This document shows, one piece after another, positions 59,660-64,000 of a DNA stretch of 64,000 nt. The position numbers and the translations under genes are program-made. The notes beneath the pieces are model-generated. The model was not told where the DNA came from, made no database searches, and saw only the letters and a program-made list of their open reading frames with translations. Each line of letters begins with the position of its first letter. The first letter of the stretch is position 1. Source of the stretch: Prorocentrum cordatum. Taxonomy: Eukaryota. Location: NCBI GenBank assembly GCA_963575745.1, contig CAUYUJ010000303.1, forward strand, positions 124,001 through 188,000. Direction: 5' to 3'.

Positions 59660-60350
59660 TGCGTATGGGCCTTCGTTTGCACGTGGTGATATGTTTCTTG
59701 AGTGGTACCTGAAGGATGTGACACAGAGTTCATGAGAACACCAGTGCTCCCACACCCATGTGCAGTGGATTGGAGGTCCGAGGAGTTCAACTCGAACGTG
59801 TTTTGCTATGAGTTCGAGATCACAGAAAGGACGATGACACTCACGGGTTTCTCCGACAGTCTCACACCACAAGAACTACGATTTCAAGGAGACGGCGTGG
59901 TTACACCATGAGAAAACGGATGAGTGGGGACGGTCGGGAAATCAGCTCCTGAAGTACACAATGTCCTGAGTAGACCCCCGACGCGCGCAGCTTCTCATGC
60001 GAGGCCATGGCCTCACCCGCCCCGCCCTTAAGGGGCCCGGGCGCATGCCCGCACAGGCGATCCGTATCCGTATCCGTATCCGTGCCAGGACAAATGCAGG
60101 CCCATATGCGGCGTCGTAAGTGTAACCATCGCTGCACGAGAACCGGGGCGCTCCCAGAATCGAATGGGGTGGCCCGCCCGGCCCTCATTTCCATCATTTT
60201 TCTTCTCTCACTTCCACCATGGTCAGGAGTCAGGACTATTCTCGGACGTCGACGTGCTGTTACGCTGGAAGGTGACATCGAGACGTGGTCGGCCTGTGTC
60301 CAGCGCGTCACAGCTGAGCCGCAACAGTTCATGGAGCAATTGAACATACA
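59660..60350 (+). pseudogene. Possible degraded exons of an unidentified gene
   Basis: Balanced composition and protein-like fragments (PVLPHPCAVDWRSEEFNSNVFCYEFEITERTMTLTGF; VRTILGRRRAVTLEGDIETWSACVQ) interrupted by stops. Confidence 0.3.
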
Positions 60351-63300
60351 CGGCTGGGCAGAGGAACGCTGCTCTCGGGCCGGACGAAAGGGGGGGATTG
60401 GGAAAGGGGGGTTCCGAAATTTGCTGCATGCAGCTGGTTTCGGCCTCACCGAGGGGCCCATTCCTCGATACATAGCCGCCTCCGGCGCCGGGAGGCGCCG
60501 AGAAAATCAGCTACGCGAGCTGCTTTAATCCCCCCTTTGCTATCCACCCCTTTCGCCCGACCCGATGCTCCCGACTGCAACATTGGAGTCACATGCTGGA
60601 GAGGATGAGTGGTGGGCGATGGGTGCGAAGGGCGCGCCATTGGGATCCCGACGGGCGCAGAGCCCGGGGACGCCCGCTGTCGAGATGGGCCGATCCAAGT
60701 TCCGCTGAGCTCTTCGGGCACGCTGCCGCGCGCACGCACGGCACGTGCTCGGCGTCCTGTCCTGTCTGGCTGTGTAGTCGAAGGCCAGTCTGTCAGATTG
60801 GATTGGGCCCCAAGGGCCAATCTGGCCCGGCCAAACTGGATGATTTGGGTTATTCGCCAGACTGGATTCGCGTTGGCTACCTCGCCAGATTGCCCCCGTT
60901 TGCCAGATTGGGCCTGCCACATTGACGCCAGATTGGCTTCGACTACCCAGACGTGCTCGGCGTCCTGTCCTGTCCGGTCCTCCCCGACGCCTCCCCTCCC
61001 CGCCCCTCCCTGCACGGCCAGTCGGCACCGGAGCCGCACGGCGGGAGGGCGGCGCGAGGGGAGGCAAGGCAAGGGAGGGGAGGCGAGGAGGGAGAGAGGC
61101 GAGAGCAGCGGCGGCGACGGCGGCGATCGCCGTTGGCGGCGGCACCGTACCACCGCCCGCTGCACCTCCGCCCGCGGTGCCCCCACCCGAGCGCGCGGCA
61201 GGAAGAACGGGGGGCGAAAGAGGAGCGAAGTGCAGGGGGTGAGGTAGCATGAGTGGTTTGAGCTTTTTCCTCCGCTCCTCTCCTCGGCCCCCCCCTTTCT
61301 CCCGCTTCACCGCCGCACCCCCAGCAAGGGGCGAAATCGTGGGCCTGCACGGGGAACGGCGGGGAACGTTGCGGTGCGGGTTACGCGGCCGATGATGTGA
61401 AAACATGGCGTCCACAGAAATCGGCCACGCGGTTGGGACAGAAACAAATGATGATAACACAGTTGCCCCCCAAAGCCCCTTCTGATGGGGGTCTGCCCAG
61501 GACCCGGCCAAAGCCGAAAGTGCGTGCGACCATTCGAAAAGCGAAGAACGCTTCGCTTCGCCTCCCCTTCGCCACGGAGGCGGCAGGCCTGCGCGCGGAC
61601 GCCTCCGCTCGCGCGCGCCCTGACGCCGCGCGCCGGGCCCGCAGGACGGGCAGGGCGCCGCCGCGGCGAGGAGCACCATAGAGGCCCCCCCCGCGCGGGG
61701 GGCGGCCACGCCCGCGCGGGTCGCCGCCGCCGCCGTCGGTCGTCGGCTCGCGGGGGCCCTCGGCGGGCGCCCCGCTCTCGGAGGCCCTCCGGGGGCCCTG
61801 CGGGGCCCTCGGAGGGCCTCGGAGGCCCCCGCGGGCGCCCCGGCAGGCTCTCGGAGGCCCTCTGGGGGCCTGCCAGGGCCCTCGGAGGGCCTCGGAGGCC
61901 CGCCGAGGCGCCTTGGGAGGCAGGCTTCCTGCAGGTTCTGGCAGGTTTGCTGCGGGGCCTCGCCACCCACCTCAGAGCCCCGAATCATCCGGGGTAACTC
62001 GGGTCAGGGCTAACTCGGGTTCGTGTTTTGGGAATCCAAACCCGAGTTACCCCGGACCCGAGTTACCCCGGATAACTCGGGCGCCCAACCACCCCAAGCC
62101 ACACCTCTCGGGGAGGGGGGGGGCGGCGGGGCCCGAAGGGGAGCTCTGGAACTTCACGCAGGTCGGGGCTCGCTTGCACGCCTCTTCGGCCCAGCGCTGC
62201 TGGAAGTGGTGGCGGAGGGGGCGGGGGACACGTCATGCAGGTTTGTGGAAGTCGATTAATGGAGAAGAAGCGTGCTGCCAAATAATTTCCAGATGTCTAC
62301 AATATGTTTCAAACATGATTTGAGTATGTTAAAACATAAGTGAAACGTTTTTAGAGCATATTCTACACAGTTTAAACACATGTTTAATTCAATGCTGGGA
62401 TTGTTGGAGTGTCCATTGTCATGGCATCCACAAGGTTTGCCAGAATCTGATTCCGAGTGCCGTTCCACCCGCGTGGGCCCTCGCAGGCTCCCGCGGGGGC
62501 TGCCTCGCCCCGCGCCTGTCGCCGCCGCCACCGCCGTCGACCTTCGGAAGCCCCTAAGAAAATTCGGGGGTGGACAGACCTCCTACCCTGACACGTCGAT
62601 TAGCGCATTGGCCGTTTTCGGTTCGCGAGGGGGCGTCGCAGCCGTCATGTTTGCGGGTCCAGTTCCGTCGGTTTCGGTCCCGGGTCGTTTTCACTACGGG
62701 GAGGTTTATTAAAGGAAGGTTTGTCCACCGCCGAAAAATAGAGACCGGCAACCGTTTGAGACAGTTTCTTTACCCCCTGGCGATAACAGGCGTCACGGAA
62801 GGGGCCGGGGAGGGGGGAGGAGGCGGGTCATCGGACGGAGGATTAGTCTGTTCCAAGGCGTTTTGGAATGTTCTCAGAGCGTTTCGGAACGCTCTGAGAA
62901 GGCGGCGCGGCGCCCGAGGCATGATCCTCCAGAGCCGCCAGATTTCAGAGATCCTCAGTTTCTCCTCACCCGAGTGTGTCCGCGTCGTGGTTTCGTCCTA
63001 GGTCACGTCACGATCTGGCCCAGCGCCGTCTGGGAATGCTTCTGCCAGAACGGCTCATTCCCGGACGGCGCCAGCGAAGGGGTGAAAAGCGGGGCGGGTC
63101 CCAGGCACGATTGCTAATGATGTAAACAACTATTTCGAAGGACTCTCACGTCTGGTGCCGCAGACCTCGAGACACCACTGGCGACCCCTCCCGGGACCCG
63201 CCGGGACGCCGGGGGGGGGGCGGGGGGGTTCTGACGTGGGACCCCCCCCCACCACACCAAAGACGCGGCTCCCCGCTGGCCGCCCCCCATGGGGCCACCC

Positions 63301-64000
63301 CCCATGGGGCCCGGGGACCAGCCGGGACCCCAAGACGGTTGGGCGAAACTGCGACCCGGGACCACCCCCGCACCGACCACCCCCCTTGCCCCACCACACC
63401 ACAGGCGGGACCTCCATCGGGACTCCCGCTGGCGACCCCTCCAGGGACCCGCCGGGACCATGGGGACCGCCCCCCCCCGGGACCTCCCGCCGTCAGGGAA
63501 GGGAAAAAGGGAAGTTCCTGAAGTTCCTTGGGAAAGCGACGACGAAGACGAGGACTGCGTCTCACACACGCCGAAGGGTGTCGGCGGATTTGTTCTGCTC
63601 ATTCTGAGCATGGCTCGCTCAGCCCATCAACCATAAAAGCATAGCCATCTACAGCCATCAACAATACACGCTCTCCTTGGCAAAATAGTAGCTGCAATAC
63701 GAACAACGACACTGCAACCCCATGATCAGCAACGACGACATTAACCGCAATCGCATCAGCAAAGCCGGCAGATGTACCCGATAACGCAAGTCTTCGTTCC
63801 AGGTCGGAGCCCCTTTTATGCTAAATCATAGTTGGGGAACATCAGCAACGTTTGAGAATCCCTTGCAAGAAATGCAGCTGAGTCCACGTGAGCGGCGTCG
63901 CGCGCACATGGCGAAACCCGTCAAAAACCACGGGTTTCCCAAGTAAGTCAAGATCGAGGTTCCCGAAGCAGAAAACAATGTTTGTGCAAACTGAGAGTTC

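Noticed and set aside
62690..62715. CACTAC...GAGGTTTATTA as a CACTA or fold-back terminus
   Set aside because: Short match only, with no partner inverted end or TSD found in the window.

Overview
GC-rich eukaryotic DNA, almost certainly dinoflagellate: it has an exact 21-nt spliced-leader (SL) copy, GC-AG/GA-AG introns and dense microsatellites. Nearly all of the window is nested mobile DNA. (1) 0.9-36.7 kb, minus strand: a head-to-tail train of three RTE-like APE-RT LINEs. One is a divergent family and two are near-identical copies that carry an extra 3' ORF. An intact SL lies just upstream of the train. (2) One LINE copy is split by a 19,702-bp DNA transposon (10442-30143) with CCCACAGATC TIRs and an AT target-site duplication. 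It encodes a CMC/EnSpm-like transposase and three intron-rich cargo genes, and many of its introns are closed by inverted repeats. (3) 37.8-39.6 kb: degraded DIRS-like RT/RNase H remnant. (4) About 40.1-58.9 kb: a domain marked by co-oriented arrays of a ~32-bp repeat. It holds a pogo-type transposase fused to a Ulp1-like protease and four intronless ORFs; all five genes have a degenerate SL-like motif just upstream. (5) 58.9-64 kb: a 77-bp satellite and GC-rich sequence I cannot assign. Family assignments come from motifs read by eye, not from database searches.
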